DNA of 64,000 nucleotides from Amoebidium appalachense (Eukaryota > Protista > Ichthyosporea), in contig CAVNZM010000013.1 of NCBI GenBank assembly GCA_963693365.1, forward strand, positions 7,998,940 to 8,062,939, written 5' to 3'. The notes beneath the pieces were generated by a model. It saw only the letters and a list, made by a program, of their open reading frames with translations, made no database searches and was not told the origin of the DNA. This document shows, piece after piece, positions 12,701-25,682 of the stretch (position 1 is its first letter; every line of letters starts with the position of its first letter). The position numbers were made by a program, and so were the translations under genes.

Positions 12701-15700
12701 ACCCCTTGTAGCATAGAACCCCCCTTGTAGCATAGTATATGTACATATGTTACCTAGACATTATTGGGTTTTCAATAACTACCCACAGAACAGCCTCTAG
12801 CACGAGAAATTTACCACACAGTTTATGGGGGGGATGGGGAATGTGCCCCTGGAGTACGAGGGTCACACAAAAAAAAACACAACGTTGTAGCTCGTATAGA
12901 ACCCCCCTTGTAGCATAGAATATGTACATATGTTACCTAGACATTATTGGTTTTTCAATAACTGCCCACAGAATAGCCTCTAGCACGAGACATTTACCAT
13001 AACGTTTGTGGGGGGGATGGTGAATGTGCCCCTGGAGTACGAGGGTCACACGAAAAAAACACAAAGTTGTAGCTCGTATAGAACCCCCCTTGTAGCATAG
13101 TATATGTCCATATGTTACCTAGACATTTTTGGTTTTTTCAATAACTACCCACAGAACAGCTTCTAGCACGAGAAATTTACCACACAGTTTATGGGGGGGA
13201 TGGGGAATGTGCCCCCTGGAGTACGAGGGTCACACGAAAAAAAGACAACGTTGTAGCTCGAATAGAACCCCCCTTGTAGCATAGTATATGTACATGTGTT
13301 GCTTACACATTATTGGTTTTTTCAATACCTACCCACAGAACAGCTTCTAGCACGAGAAATTTACCACACAGTTTATGGGGGGGATGGGGAATGTGCCCCT
13401 GGAGTACGAGGGTCACACGAAAAAAACACAACGTTGTAGCTCGAATAGAACCCCCCTTGTAGCATAGTATATGTACATGCGTTGCTTACACATTATTGGT
13501 TTTTTCAATAACTACCCACAGAACAGCTTCTAGCACGAGACAGTTACCACAAAGTTTGTGGGGGGAATGGTGAATGTGCCCCTGGAGTACGAGGGTCACA
13601 CGAAAAAAACACAACGTTGTAGCTCGAATAGAACCCCCCTTGTAGCATAGTATATGTACATGCGTTGCTTACACATTATTGGTTTTTTCAATAACTACCC
13701 ACAGAACAGCTTCTAGCACGAGAACGTTACCACACAATTTATGGGGGGGATGGTGAATGTGCCCCTGGAGTACGAGGGGCACACGAAAAAAACACAACGT
13801 TGTAGCTCGAATAGAACCCCCCTTGTAGCATAGTATATGTACATGCGTTGCTTACACATTATTGGTTTTTTCAATAACTACCCACAGAACAGCTTCTAGC
13901 ACGAGAAAGTTACCACACAATTTATGGGGGGGATGGGGAATGTGCCCCTGGAGTGCGAGGGTCACACGGAAAAAACACAACGTTGTAGCTCGAATAGAAC
14001 CCCCCTTGTAGCATAGTATATGTACATGTGTTGCTTACACATTAAGTTGGTTTTTTCAATAACTACCCACAGAACAGCTTCTAGCACGAGACATTTACCA
14101 CACAGTTTATGGGGGGGATGGGGAATGTGCCCCTGGAGTACGAGGGTCACACGAAAAAAACACAACGTTGTAGCTCGTATAGAACCCCCCTTGTAGCATA
14201 GAATATGACATATGTTACCTAGACATTATTGGTTTTTCAATAACTACCCACAGAATAGCCTCTAGCACGAGAAATGTACCACACAGTTTGTGGGGGGGGT
14301 GGTGAATGTGCCCCTGGAGTACGAGGGTCACACGAAAAAAGCACAAAGTTGTAGCTCGTATAGAACCCCCCTTGTAGCATAGTATATGTCCATGTGTTAC
14401 CTACACATTATTGGTTTTTTCAATAACTACCCACAGAACAGCTTCTAGCACGAGACATTTACCACAAAGTGTATGGGGGGGATGGTGAATGTGCCCCTGG
14501 AGTACAAGGGTCACACGAAAAAAACACAACGTTGTAGCTCGTATAGAACCCCCCTTGTAGCATAGCATATGTACATGTGTTACCTAGACATTATTGGTAT
14601 TTTCAATAACTACCCACAGAACAGCTTCTAGCACGAGAGCTTTACCACAACGTTTATGGGGGGGATGGTGAATGTGCTCCTGGAGTACGAGGGTCACACG
14701 AAAAAAACACAACGTTGTAGCTCGTATAGAACCCCCCTTGTAGCATAGTATATGTACATATGTTACCTAGACATTATTGGTTTTTCAATAACTACCCACA
14801 GAACAGCCTCTAGCACGAGAGATTTACCACAAAGTTTATGGGGTGGATGGTGAATGTGCCCCTGGAGTACGAGGGTCACACGAAAAAAACACAACATTGT
14901 AGCTCGAATAGAACCCCCCTTGTAGCATAGTATAAGTACATGTGTTACCTAGACATTATTCGTTTTTTCAATAACTACCCACAGAACAGCTTCTAGCACG
15001 AGAGCTTTGCCACAAAGTTTATGGGGGGGATGGTGAATGTGCCCCTGGAGTACGAGGGTCACACGAAAAAAACACAACGTTGTAGCTCGTATAGAACCCC
15101 CCTTGTAGCATAGTATATGTACATAGTATGCTACCTAGACATTATTGGTTTTTTCAATAACTACCCACAGAACAGCTTCTAGCACGAGAAATTTACCACA
15201 AAGTTTATGGGGGGAATGGTGAATGTGCCCCTGGAGTACGAGGGTCACACGAAAAAAACACAACATTGTAGCTCGAATAGAACCCCCCTTGTAGCATAGT
15301 ATATGTACATGTGTTACCTAGACATTATTCGTTTTTTCAATAACTACCCACAGAACAACTTCTAGCACGAGAGCTTTACCACACAGTTTATGGGGGGGAT
15401 GGTGAATGTGCCCCTGGAGTACGAGGGTCACACGAAAAAAACACAACGTTGTAGCTCGTATAGAACCCCCCTTGTAGCATAGCATATGTACATGTGTTAC
15501 CTATACATTATTGGTATTTTCAATAACTACCCACAGAACAGCTTCTAGCACGAGAACTTTACCACAAAGTTTATGGGGGGGATGGTGAATGTGCCCCTGG
15601 AGTACGAGGGTCACACGAAAAAAACACAACGTTGTAGCTCGTATAGAACCCCCTTTGTAGCATAGTATATGTTCATAGTATGTTACCTAGACATTATTGG

Positions 15701-15720
15701 TTTTTTCAATAACTACCCAC
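12701..15720. repeat. Tandem satellite, ~183-bp unit, ~16-17 copies
   Basis: The unit gaacccccccttgtagcatag...ggagtacgagggtcacacg...acaacgttgtagctcg repeats head-to-tail with few substitutions. Confidence 0.97.
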
Positions 15721-15833
15721 ATGCGGCATGTGTTACTTTCACGTTATTGGTTTCCTAGCACGGGATATTCAGCACACAGTTGGGGATGTGGGGGCAGTGT
15801 ACACCTCAATATTGGTAAGGTGGTGGGTGGGTT

Positions 15834-15867
<34 letters not shown>

Positions 15868-15989
15868 CCACACAACCGAAACTGTCGGTGTTACAAGTGG
15901 TTCGGTCTTAGGAAGTTAGAACGGTGATTTTTTAATGAATAGCGGGAAACAATATTATCCCCATTGCATATGGGGGGAACGAGGAGGGG

Positions 15990-16020
<31 letters not shown>

Positions 16021-18110
16021 TGTTCACAACGAATTCTATCGACTGTGCATAATTAATGTATATTGCACATGTAGCCTAAAAGATTAAAGTGAATGTGTGT
16101 ATGTATATGTGTGAGTATATTTGTGTATGCAATACATGTACAATGTTTTCGTCTTTGTAGGTGGGTGGGTGGGGTGGGTGGGGGGGGGGGGGGGGGGGGG
16201 GGGTGCGCGGGGGGGAAGAGGGAGGGGGGGGAGGGGGCATCATGATCAGGGATAACAGGGTGTGTGCGTGTGTGCGCTTGTGTGTGCATGTGCTGTGTGT
16301 TGTGTAGGTGTGCGCCTGTGTGTGTGTGCGTGCCTGTGTGTGCGCGCCTGTGTGTGTGTAGTGTGTGTGTGTGCAGTGTGCATGTGTGAGTGTGTGTGCG
16401 TGCGCGCGCGCGCGCGCGCGTGTGGTGTGTGTGTGTGTGTGTGTGTGATTTCAAAGAAGTCGAAAGCGCCAGTGACACCCATGTTGAAAAAAAGACAAGC
16501 AAGCACGCTAAGAAGGACAGCAAGAAGTAACAGAAACCCTTTCATGCCGAAAAAATGGTCAAGAACAAAGAAGTGGAGGACACGTAACTATAGTCTGATA
16601 GTTGTGACTAAGGGCACTAAGGGTAGCGCTAAGGGCACCAAGCTGATGCACGCGCGCGCGCGAGCCGAAATCTATTTTTATCTTTTTCCTAATCAGGCGC
16701 CGCGAATAGTGATTGGCTAAATCCCAATCCGGTTTGCAATTTTTTCTCCATTTAAGCCTGTACGCACGTTGTTTTCTCCATTTCTCTTCCCCCTTCCCGC
16801 AGGTCCGCAGGTTCTTTCCCGCAGGTCGCCTGGTCGCAGTTCCCTTCCCGCAGCGCCTGGTCACAGATCCCCTCCGCAGATCGCGCAGCCACCGTGCTGA
16901 TTGTTTTGGACCATGCTGCATGCTGCAGCTTCTTCTTGAAGGTTAGTTTTGTGTTGCCTGCTTTTGTGCATATGGCGTTTGTCTGTCTGGTCTGTGTCTG
17001 TGTCTGTGTGTGTGTGTGTGTATGTGTGTGTGCGTGCGTGCGTGCGTGTGCGTGTGTCTGCTGGCTGCAGATGCACGTTGCCTTTCACGTTCATGAACCA
17101 GCGACTGTGGGCACTACTTTTGCTGTTAGCACTATAGCTATCATCCCCTCCACCGATCGTTCAAGCTATTTTCTGCTTCTCTAGACTTCATAAGTTCTGG
17201 TCCGGGTTTCCGTCCTTACTATGTTTGAGGTTGGTTCTGTCGACTCTTTTTTTGCCACTCTCAGTCAGCCCCCTCAGTCCCCCCCACCCCCCCCCCCCCT
17301 CCCCCCACTTCTCGCAAGTAGGATGAGCTAATTCTTAGCTCGAGTTCCTTTACAGGTTTTGGCAAGGTTGGCCCATGAAGTCATCAGCAGCTATAAGGCT
17401 ACGTTATCATCTAGAGGTGGGTACCGGCTCTTTGTCCTATGGCTGCTGTTGTTTCCGTTTTTCGTTTCATAGGTGGGTACCGGCTCTTTGTCCTGTTACG
17501 GTAAATAAAGTATGGAGGCAAGACCCTGTGGGTCTGGGGCTCTTTGTCCTATGGCTGCTGTTGTTTCCGTGTTTCGTTTCTGTGTTGCTCTTATAGTACA
17601 TGAATGATCATGTGCATGTTTAGCACCCATAGGTGGGTACCGGCTCTTTGTCCTGTTAATTACTCTGCCGGCATTTGGTATGGTATGGTTTGGTGTAAGA
17701 GTGCCCCCCTTATATTGTCATGTTGGGCGTCCTTTTTTTTTTTTTTTTGGGCCTCATACACATACACACACACCTTGTTACTCTTCTGTCAAGGGATTAG
17801 CATGTGTTTAGTTTAATGATGTTGGGAGCTTCTTAGAAACCCGCATAATAGTTTGCTTGTTTTGAGTTTTGTTTATGTTCGTTGCTGCTCTTTTATACTC
17901 CTTCCCCCCCCCCCCCCCCCCTCCCGGCTGGGGGGGAGGAAGGAGATGAGGGTGGGGAGGATGAGGATGAGGACTAGTGGGATGATAGAAGCCCCCCCCC
18001 CACCACCCTCTTTTTTTTTTTCTTTTTTTGATATGTTTTGGTGTCTGGAGCAGACTCCGGAGTCGAGACATAGAAATTTGTTGTATTGCAGTCTCGCTCC
18101 TGTGGAACGA

Positions 18111-18229
18111 GACTTAAAAATTTGTAACAAGTTGTGAGAAAAAACAAACTGTCAGGCGTGGTCTCTGCTCCAGTGGAGCGAGACAAAAAAGTACATATGG
18201 TATCCGTCTCTGCTCCTGTGGAGCGAGAC
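18111..18229. repeat. Repeated hairpin motif GTCTC(T)GCTCC-nnn-GGA(G/A)CGAGAC; three copies at ~18090, ~18161 and ~18206
   Basis: Three imperfect palindromes are visible in the sequence. Confidence 0.65.
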
Positions 18230-20535
18230 GCAAAGAAACTATCTTTATGCGCTCTTCTTACCGTCTGATGTCATATTGTATGTGTCCTTACAGTGATTTT
18301 ATGACGTATGATGTATGATATCATTATCATACATTGAACATGCCATTATGCATGTAAGGATGGGTTTATGACGCACCAAAAAGCACATTGTGCATGTGCA
18401 TAGCACACCCTTACAACATATGCAAGTGTACGTTACGACGTCAAATGTATTAATATGCGTCATCTACATTATATGTCGTAATGTCCTCCTATGCATCTGT
18501 TTACAACATCGTAATGTAATCTGTAGTAGGATGCAAATCACATCTTATGATAGGTCATGGGTTAGCACAAACCCACCCATGGTATATCCACTGGTTGTGT
18601 TTCGGATGTCGGAAAGGGCGTCTGAACGATTGGATTTCGATCTATTTTTATAATCAACTGGATGGTTTTGCAGTGCTCCATTGCATTGCTTTACAACAAA
18701 CGATAGACATACATGTGATAGTCATACGTATTTGATCAAGAGGGTATTAATACCATACATTCGATGCGTTTACAGTGCTCCGTTATATGGCTTTACATCA
18801 AACCATAGACATGCATAAGATCGTCCACAGGGTGGCGTTCTGATCCTCCCGTAGACGGTGTTACGACTGTCTGAATGCCCCCTGGCCGCCGTCATATACC
18901 CACCGACTGGACGTCGTATGTTGGATCTATTGCACGTCGGTTAGATGGCTACATTGCACACCCATTGGATATGCACTCGCGGGGTTCTATGTACATCCAT
19001 TGGTGCATCGGGTATCGGATCGAGCAGATTACGACACATCCATTGGACGTCGGGGAGCAATGATATGTATTTGGGGTTAGTTTTGGAGGTGTTGAGGGGT
19101 TTCCGATGTCGTCGGGTAGTTTACGACAGCTTTTGGATGCGGCAACAAGATTGCTGATGTATATACCTGAGCGGATGCCAGTCCGCGAATACATCGTCCA
19201 ATAGGATTACAGATAGTCTCTCAGGATAGATCGGGATTATGTACTAGCCAACTTGAATAGGAAGACAGTTATGGTTCCTGGCGTATGCGGCCCCAGGCGG
19301 TCCCCAAGTACGCGGGGGCGGGATAGGCGGGAACAGGCTAAGTACGTGACTGGGAAGAGAAGGAATACTAAACAGATAGACTATTCTATCATAACACCAC
19401 AGCTGTAGTGCAGTGTAATACAACAGTACCAAAACATGTTCTACAATAAAGCATCAGGAATAAGTACACGAGCCGATGGGAAGAACACCGTGACGCGAGC
19501 TGTCAAGAACATCTGCCGCGCCGCGCGCGGTGCTCAGATGATGTTGCGAATCGGGTTCTCAATCCGATTCTGAATCCTTGATCGATTCCGACCCCATTCC
19601 GAATCCTAGACCGATTCCGATCCTTCTCCTAATACCTTACCATTCGGATCCGATTCCGAATCGATTTGCGCCCCAGATGGGTCAGTGACGTAAGCATCAT
19701 GATGGGCAAGCCGGCACCCCGGGCGAGCAAAGCGAGCCCCGCACAGTGAGCGCCGGGGCTCGCTGCGCTCGCCCCGGCAGCGAGCAAGTTCTAACAACCC
19801 AGCCTGAGGGGAATCCTTCCTTTCCAGTGACTGCCCCAGCGCGATAAAAAGGTAAAAACATCGTGAGAGAAAAAGCCACGGGTGCTCATGTTGCGCATTC
19901 GGTAATTATCAATCCGATTCGAATTCTACACCGATTCCGATTCGATTCCGAATTGGTTCCGAACCTTTTCCGCCCACAGATCTAGAGCCTCGGTTCGGGC
20001 ACACGCGGAGACCGTGTCGACGCAACTTATATTATTGGTAGGGGCCCAGTTCTTCAAGCCATTCTGTGAAGCTTTGAAGAGGGGGATGAATATTATAAGA
20101 CGGGCCCTATACAAAATTACATACCACATATTTTTTCAAATACAAAAAGCGACGGTGGAACCCCAGTTACAGTAAACCGCTCGAATTTGGGACGATTTGA
20201 ATCCCGTCATAAATTTGGGACACTTTTGATTGGCCCTCGGCGCATTACCCGGACTTGGGTCCATTGTTAAGTTTTTCCCGCCCTTTTTGCATGGCAGCGT
20301 GTCTGGTTGGCTGCCCAACCCGGCAGCCAAGTTTGAAAATAAAGGGCCGTTTTCTACCAACCACCACAGCAGAGCAAAGCACATGATCCTCTTTCGAAAA
20401 CATAGGAACTCCTCATCCTCACTCTCAGGCTAAGGATTTCCTCTCAGGCGTAGCCTCACATCTTTCATATGCTTTGTACTTTTACTGTCCATTTATCACA
20501 CACCCTTGCCCCATAGACAGAAAGGTGTTCCCAAC

Positions 20536-20775
20536 ATGAGTGCACAAGTAGTAGGGCAGAAAAGGCGCAAGCCCACAGGAGAGGAGATAGAGGCAGCGTT
20601 TCTAGAACAAAAAAATAAGACACGTCATGAAGAGTGATGTAATTTAGCTGCAGAGCACATGAAGCATAATATGTATTCTTACAGGGAAGCAGTTGAAGTT
20701 TTTGGGGTAGCACGCACCACCATTGAGAATCACCTTAAGGGCAAAGTTAGTAGGCACGGGGCCGGAAAACACATA
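20536..20775 (+). pseudogene. pogo transposase N-terminus (psq-type HTH), cut by the 14.75-kb insertion
   Basis: YSYREAVEVFGVARTTIENHLKGK is a psq/CENP-B N-terminal HTH pattern. It joins in frame to 35528 onward (HISVGRPSESALTYEQE). Confidence 0.8.
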
Positions 20776-22283
20776 ATGGGAGAAATTGTAAACTTTACAA
20801 TGTTGGGTAATCCACAACAGCCTATCTATATAGTTGTCTGTATAGTAAAATGCTAGGACCGGTAGGTGCAACTTCCCATGAAATGGGAATGATTTACTGA
20901 TGTCAAAAGGCAATCGGCAAACACGGAGGCAAGATGCAAAGGGAAGGGAAGGGAAGGAAACACCAGTCGAACGCTGTCATTATAGCTCATCTCAGGTTTA
21001 AACCAAAACCCTGCCGGCACTGCCGGCAGAACACACCTGCCTTCCAATCTTATTAAATGGACCGATTTCATATATGTACACAGGGAACCGGAGAATTATT
21101 CTAGCCGGCTTAGATACAAGCAAAATCGGCAGACAGGCCTGTGGTTTACCGTTTTCGATAGATCATACATGAGCTAACACATGCTTACATGCTTGCCGCG
21201 CGCCTATTTGTGCTTACAGGGTTACCAGGAAGACCATGCAGTGTGCCAAATTTCACGAACCAACACCTGAAAATAAGAAGGGAAAACATGTGTCTGGAGA
21301 TTGGGACAAGCACAAGAGAAATGGATAACGGACTCAGAACGAACGTCTATGGAATATAAAATCATGGTCAGGGGACTCTGAGAGTCTAATCCCCCCTGCA
21401 AGACACCATCAAAATGCACTCATATGAAGAAGGTAAAACTCATTCCCTGGACTCTGAGAGTCTACTTCTCCCTGCAGACACCATCGTAACGCACTCATAA
21501 GTAGAAAGAAAAACAGACTTCATGGATTCTGAGAGTCCATTTCCTAGAGCAGAACATACTAATCAACCACATATTGTAAATGCTCAAAATATCGACCAGA
21601 CTTTGAAAGTACGGGGTGGTTTTGTATATGAAGTACACTGGGACCGTTTGAATTCATCGAAAGAAAACAGACAACACAACACACACGAGTACTCCAACAT
21701 TTAATTAAGACATACTACGAAATTTCCAGGGTGTCCGTTGCCGAAATATATTCATAACAAGAAGAATCTCTCATTCATATAAGGTCGTTTAACACAATGG
21801 AGAGGCCAGGACTCTTTGTCGTAAGTCAACATATCTACACCGTGGAGGCAGTTTGCTATAACGAAGTATGCCAATTACGATTTCATTCCAAGGATAGCAA
21901 TACCATACGCATTCGTGTGAAGGTCTATTGACGGTCATTCGAGTTATAACAGACACCATACAGAATATTACTATCCCTTGCGAGGGTTTCCGAAGGATGG
22001 TATTTTTTTCTTGATGCTGTATATGGGTACCCTTGGTCGTTTTGCGGGGACTGGCACCTCCGTAGATGCTCGGCGCTTGTGTGTTTGTCCTGATGGGTAA
22101 CGATACAACTTTAGTTACAACCAACCCTCAAAAATTCCTGCATACGTGCTTCATGAATTTCACACACACACTCACACAAGCTTTCTCTCTGTCACTCTCT
22201 CTCTTGCTGTCTATCTCTATCTCTATCTCCCTCTCTATCATCATCTCTTCTCCCCCTCTCACTCGCTGTCGCTCTCTCCCCCC

Positions 22284-22375
<92 letters not shown>

Positions 22376-22944
22376 CCCCCCCCCCCCCCCCCCCCCTCCT
22401 CCCCTCCCCCGTCTCTCTCTCTCCCTCTTAGCCCTACCTCCCTATCTCCGAATCTCCCTATTTCACTCGGACATGCAAATGCACATACACTGCACAGAAA
22501 ATGGCATAGACATTTGTCTCCCAAAAGCCCGTTTAGCATCACCACAAACAGGCTATGGAAACAGGCTATGGAATAATGCCAGTCGAGATACGTACCCGTC
22601 TTTGACATCACGAGCGGTTCGTTTTCTAAATCACTTGACACGTCGTTTTGGAGACTGTTGGTGTCACCATCTGATTTGCTGGCCACACTGCCGGGGTTCT
22701 TGATGTTGTCGTTGTTGCTATTGCTCTCTGCGCTGTTGATGTCTGCATTGTGAATGTCAGTCCGAGTTCAGAGCCAATGCTCAGATAATGATTCGAAATG
22801 ATTTTGTTGGTGTGGGTGGGGAAGCCTCAGAAGGAGTTTGTAACTTCTTTCAAGTCGAAAATTTTATCACCATTGTCGTTTTTCTGCCCATGCCCATAGG
22901 AAATGTGGAGGTGGTGGTGGTTGTGGTGTTTGTGGTGGTCTGAT

Positions 22945-22976
<32 letters not shown>

Positions 22977-23068
22977 GGGGGGGGGGAGGGGGGTATGCCA
23001 TGTGTGTGTGTGTGGGGGGGGGGGGGGGGCACCCGTGCATGTCATTGGCCGTGTGCTGGTTTGTGTTT

Positions 23069-23141
<73 letters not shown>

Positions 23142-23476
23142 TGTGTGCATGTGCGTGTTCATGTGCATGTGCATGTGCATGTGTGGACGTCCGTCTCTGT
23201 GTACATGTTTAAATTATCTGCTTTAAAGCTCGGAAACGTATTGTTTTGGGTTGATCAAATATGGGTTGTCAGTTCGGGGATGGTATTGGCCTAAGCAAGT
23301 TACACTCCTGTCATTCAATCGTGTTCATTTTACCTTTTTGCAAGATCAAGAAGCAAGAAAGTCAGGAACAGGATTATAGGGTTATGGTTTTCTTTTATTT
23401 ATTTGTTTTGTTTTGCTTTTGTTCTTTTTATTTTTTATTTTTTATTTTTTATTTTTTATTTTTATTCTTTATTTTT

Positions 23477-23507
<31 letters not shown>

Positions 23508-24438
23508 TCCTCACCTGAATCGGGTGAGTCTGCACCATCCTGCTCCTCAGGGGATTCGTCTACGGCTGGTGCACCTATACGGTATAGTGTTTTTGCGCAT
23601 GTGCGTGTGTGTGGGGATGTGTGGGGGTGTGCGTGGTGGAGGGGGTGGGGGTAGGGGTGGGGATGGGGGGGGGGGGGGGGGAGGGGGGGGGATTGGCCGT
23701 GAGGAACTGTTTGACATATTATGAGATAGCATGAAGGGTTTGCTAATGGGGTAGACTATTTGTAGGAGAGACAGATTGTCGCTGAGAGAAACACACATAA
23801 TGAAGGGTTAGTGTTGGTGGGTGGTGGGATGGGATGTGGGTATGTTTTTTTTTTTGTTTTTGTTTTTGTTTTTTTTGGGGGGGGGGGGAGAATACAGACA
23901 CAACATACAAGTAAACGAGGTACAGGATTCTAGGGTGTGTTTCCATGATTTTGGGCCATAACAAAGTCCAGCGGTTTGCGGGTCTATTGAATGACGATGT
24001 GGACTGAGAAGACACCTTGAAGGTGTTTGTGAGACTTGTGACTCGTGCCGGGCATAATTTTAAGTGCATGTATGTCTAGGGGTGTTGAGGGTTGAGGAGA
24101 GAGTTGAGGGGGGAAAGGGGGTGGAGAAGGGGGGGGGGTGGGGGGTGGGGGTGGTGGTGGTGGTGGGGGGGGGGGGGGGGGGGGGGGGAGGAAGGTTTTA
24201 AAAACTTAGTACTAAAGTCGATGCAGTCTCCACATCTATTTATGGAACAGAACTCCACAACAGTTACCATAGTAAAGTATACAGTAACAGCCGATATGTT
24301 AACGGATTCTGCTTCAATCATGTTGAAGGAAGTGATCTCGAAGGATACAAGGGGAGGAGAGTGGGAGAATGGAAGTAGGACGGGTACGGTGTGTGTATGA
24401 GGGTGTAGGGGTTTAAAGTGAATATGGGCGGGTCACGG

Positions 24439-24469
<31 letters not shown>

Positions 24470-24629
24470 GGAAGGGTGGGGGGAGGGGGGGGGGGGGTTT
24501 GAGAAAGGCAGGAGGAAGGGGGGAGGGGGGAGAAAGAGGGGGAGAGGGGGGGTGAGGGTGGGGGGGAAGGGGTTTGTGGGGGGGGGGGGGGGGGGTGGGG
24601 GGAGTGGGGGGGGGGGGGGGGGGGGGGAC

Positions 24630-25682
24630 CTTCGCCGGTTCGGGGATGGCCTCGGGGTTGTAGCTGTCGGTGGGGTTGACAATTATGAGAACAATTTCAC
24701 CCTTCTTGGTGTTTGAGTACGGGCTTGGATTCTTCCACTCTGCCAAGCGTGCCCGTTTCCCAGGGCCCCGGTACGCCCCTGAGCATGGTGCTTTGAAGGG
24801 CTTGTCCTGCCGCAAGCTGGGCAGCGGATCCTCAATCGGCTCCGGCTCGACAGCCACCTGTTTGGTATGTATTGGTTAGTTATTAAAGGGGAAATGCGCG
24901 TCGTGCAAACTTCTATAAAATTGACCATGTCATCGTGCAACCGTACCTAGGCCTAACAGCACATACCAGGGCAGGGTGGGTCACGTTGTGTGTATGAGGG
25001 TGTTTGTGTGTTTGAAGGAAGGGGGGGGGGGGGGGGGGGGGGGGAGAGAGAGAGAGGAGGGGGGGGGGGGTTGCCGGTTCTAGGACGGTATTGGCCTTAC
25101 ACAAGTCATGCAAATCATGTCCTTCAATGAGTTCATTTGTTCAATAGTCTTCCTAACTATTTGCAAATGTATGCGAGTGTGTGTTTGTGTCTACGTGTGT
25201 GTGTTGTGTGTATGTGCGTGTGTGTGCGTGTGCGTGTGCGTGTGTGTGTGCGTGTGTGTGCGTGTGTGTGTGTGTGTGTGCGTGTGTACCTGTTTTGGTT
25301 CTGCTCCTCCAGCCTGGGCCAACTCTCTCTTTCGGTGTATGAATTCTAGGGTTCTTGTTAGATCAAACGATCCCCCGTGTGTTAGGGCTGTAGCCAGCTC
25401 CCACAGTTTTACTCTCCTTTCGGCCAGGCTGTACATCTCAAATAAAAGTGTTCGTGACTCCCGAACCTGGTCAATCGAGTACGGGTGCAATTCCAAACAT
25501 CTGCCCTTTGAGCAACACCTTGGAGTTCGGGTCGATGCGGCCAACTCTATGTTTTCGTCAGAAAGGGCTGTGTCTCGCCTTTTCGTGCGTGTTGTCTGTG
25601 CACCGGGAGGTCGTTTCTGACCCGAGTACTTCCTGGCGGGCTTGAGCACCACCCTTTGCACGTTCGCCAAACTTAAAGCCAT
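24630..25682 (-). CDS. Spliced gene (probably decayed) with a CCxxxxC motif; possible transposase-related N-terminus
   Basis: Exon 25682-25290 (ATG...[30 protein letters not shown]...PKQ|gt) and exon 24857-24630 (ag|VAVEPE...KKGEIVLII...PAK|gt). Further exons are unclear and no DDE core was seen. Confidence 0.4.

Larger units (their letters stand above)
6721..19159. mobile_element. 12.4-kb non-autonomous TIR DNA transposon with TA TSD (possibly CMC/EnSpm-like)
   Basis: Perfect 13-bp TIR CATCAGCAATCTT (6721-6733) / AAGATTGCTGATG (19147-19159). A second inverted match CATCGGAAACCCCTC lies at ~6740 / ~19094. TA is duplicated, and the empty site is visible in repeat copy 1. Subterminal short repeats are present; no transposase recognised. 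Confidence 0.8.
6556..19396. mobile_element. LTR-like repeat, copy 2, split at a TA by the 6721-19159 insertion
   Basis: Joining 6556-6720 to 19162-19396 restores gctttatatacctgagcgg, identical to copy 1 at 5701-5719. Confidence 0.75.

Noticed and set aside
11351-12746. Long His/Thr- and Cys/Val-rich ORFs up to 446 aa
   Set aside because: Translations of (CA)n/(TG)n microsatellite, open in most frames. The same applies to similar ORFs near 2.2, 50, 57 and 61.7 kb.
12701-15720. CRISPR-like array or coding repeat
   Set aside because: No unique spacers, no cas genes, eukaryotic context; homopolymer indels break any frame.
5499-19396. Single complete LTR retrotransposon bounded by the two LTR-like copies
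   Set aside because: The flanks show no TSD, the second copy lacks the same start, and the ~600-bp interior has no recognisable gag/pol.
19525-19965. Element with GATTCC/GAATC subterminal repeats (hAT-like end)
   Set aside because: The two similar ends are in direct orientation; no TIR pair or TSD could be identified.
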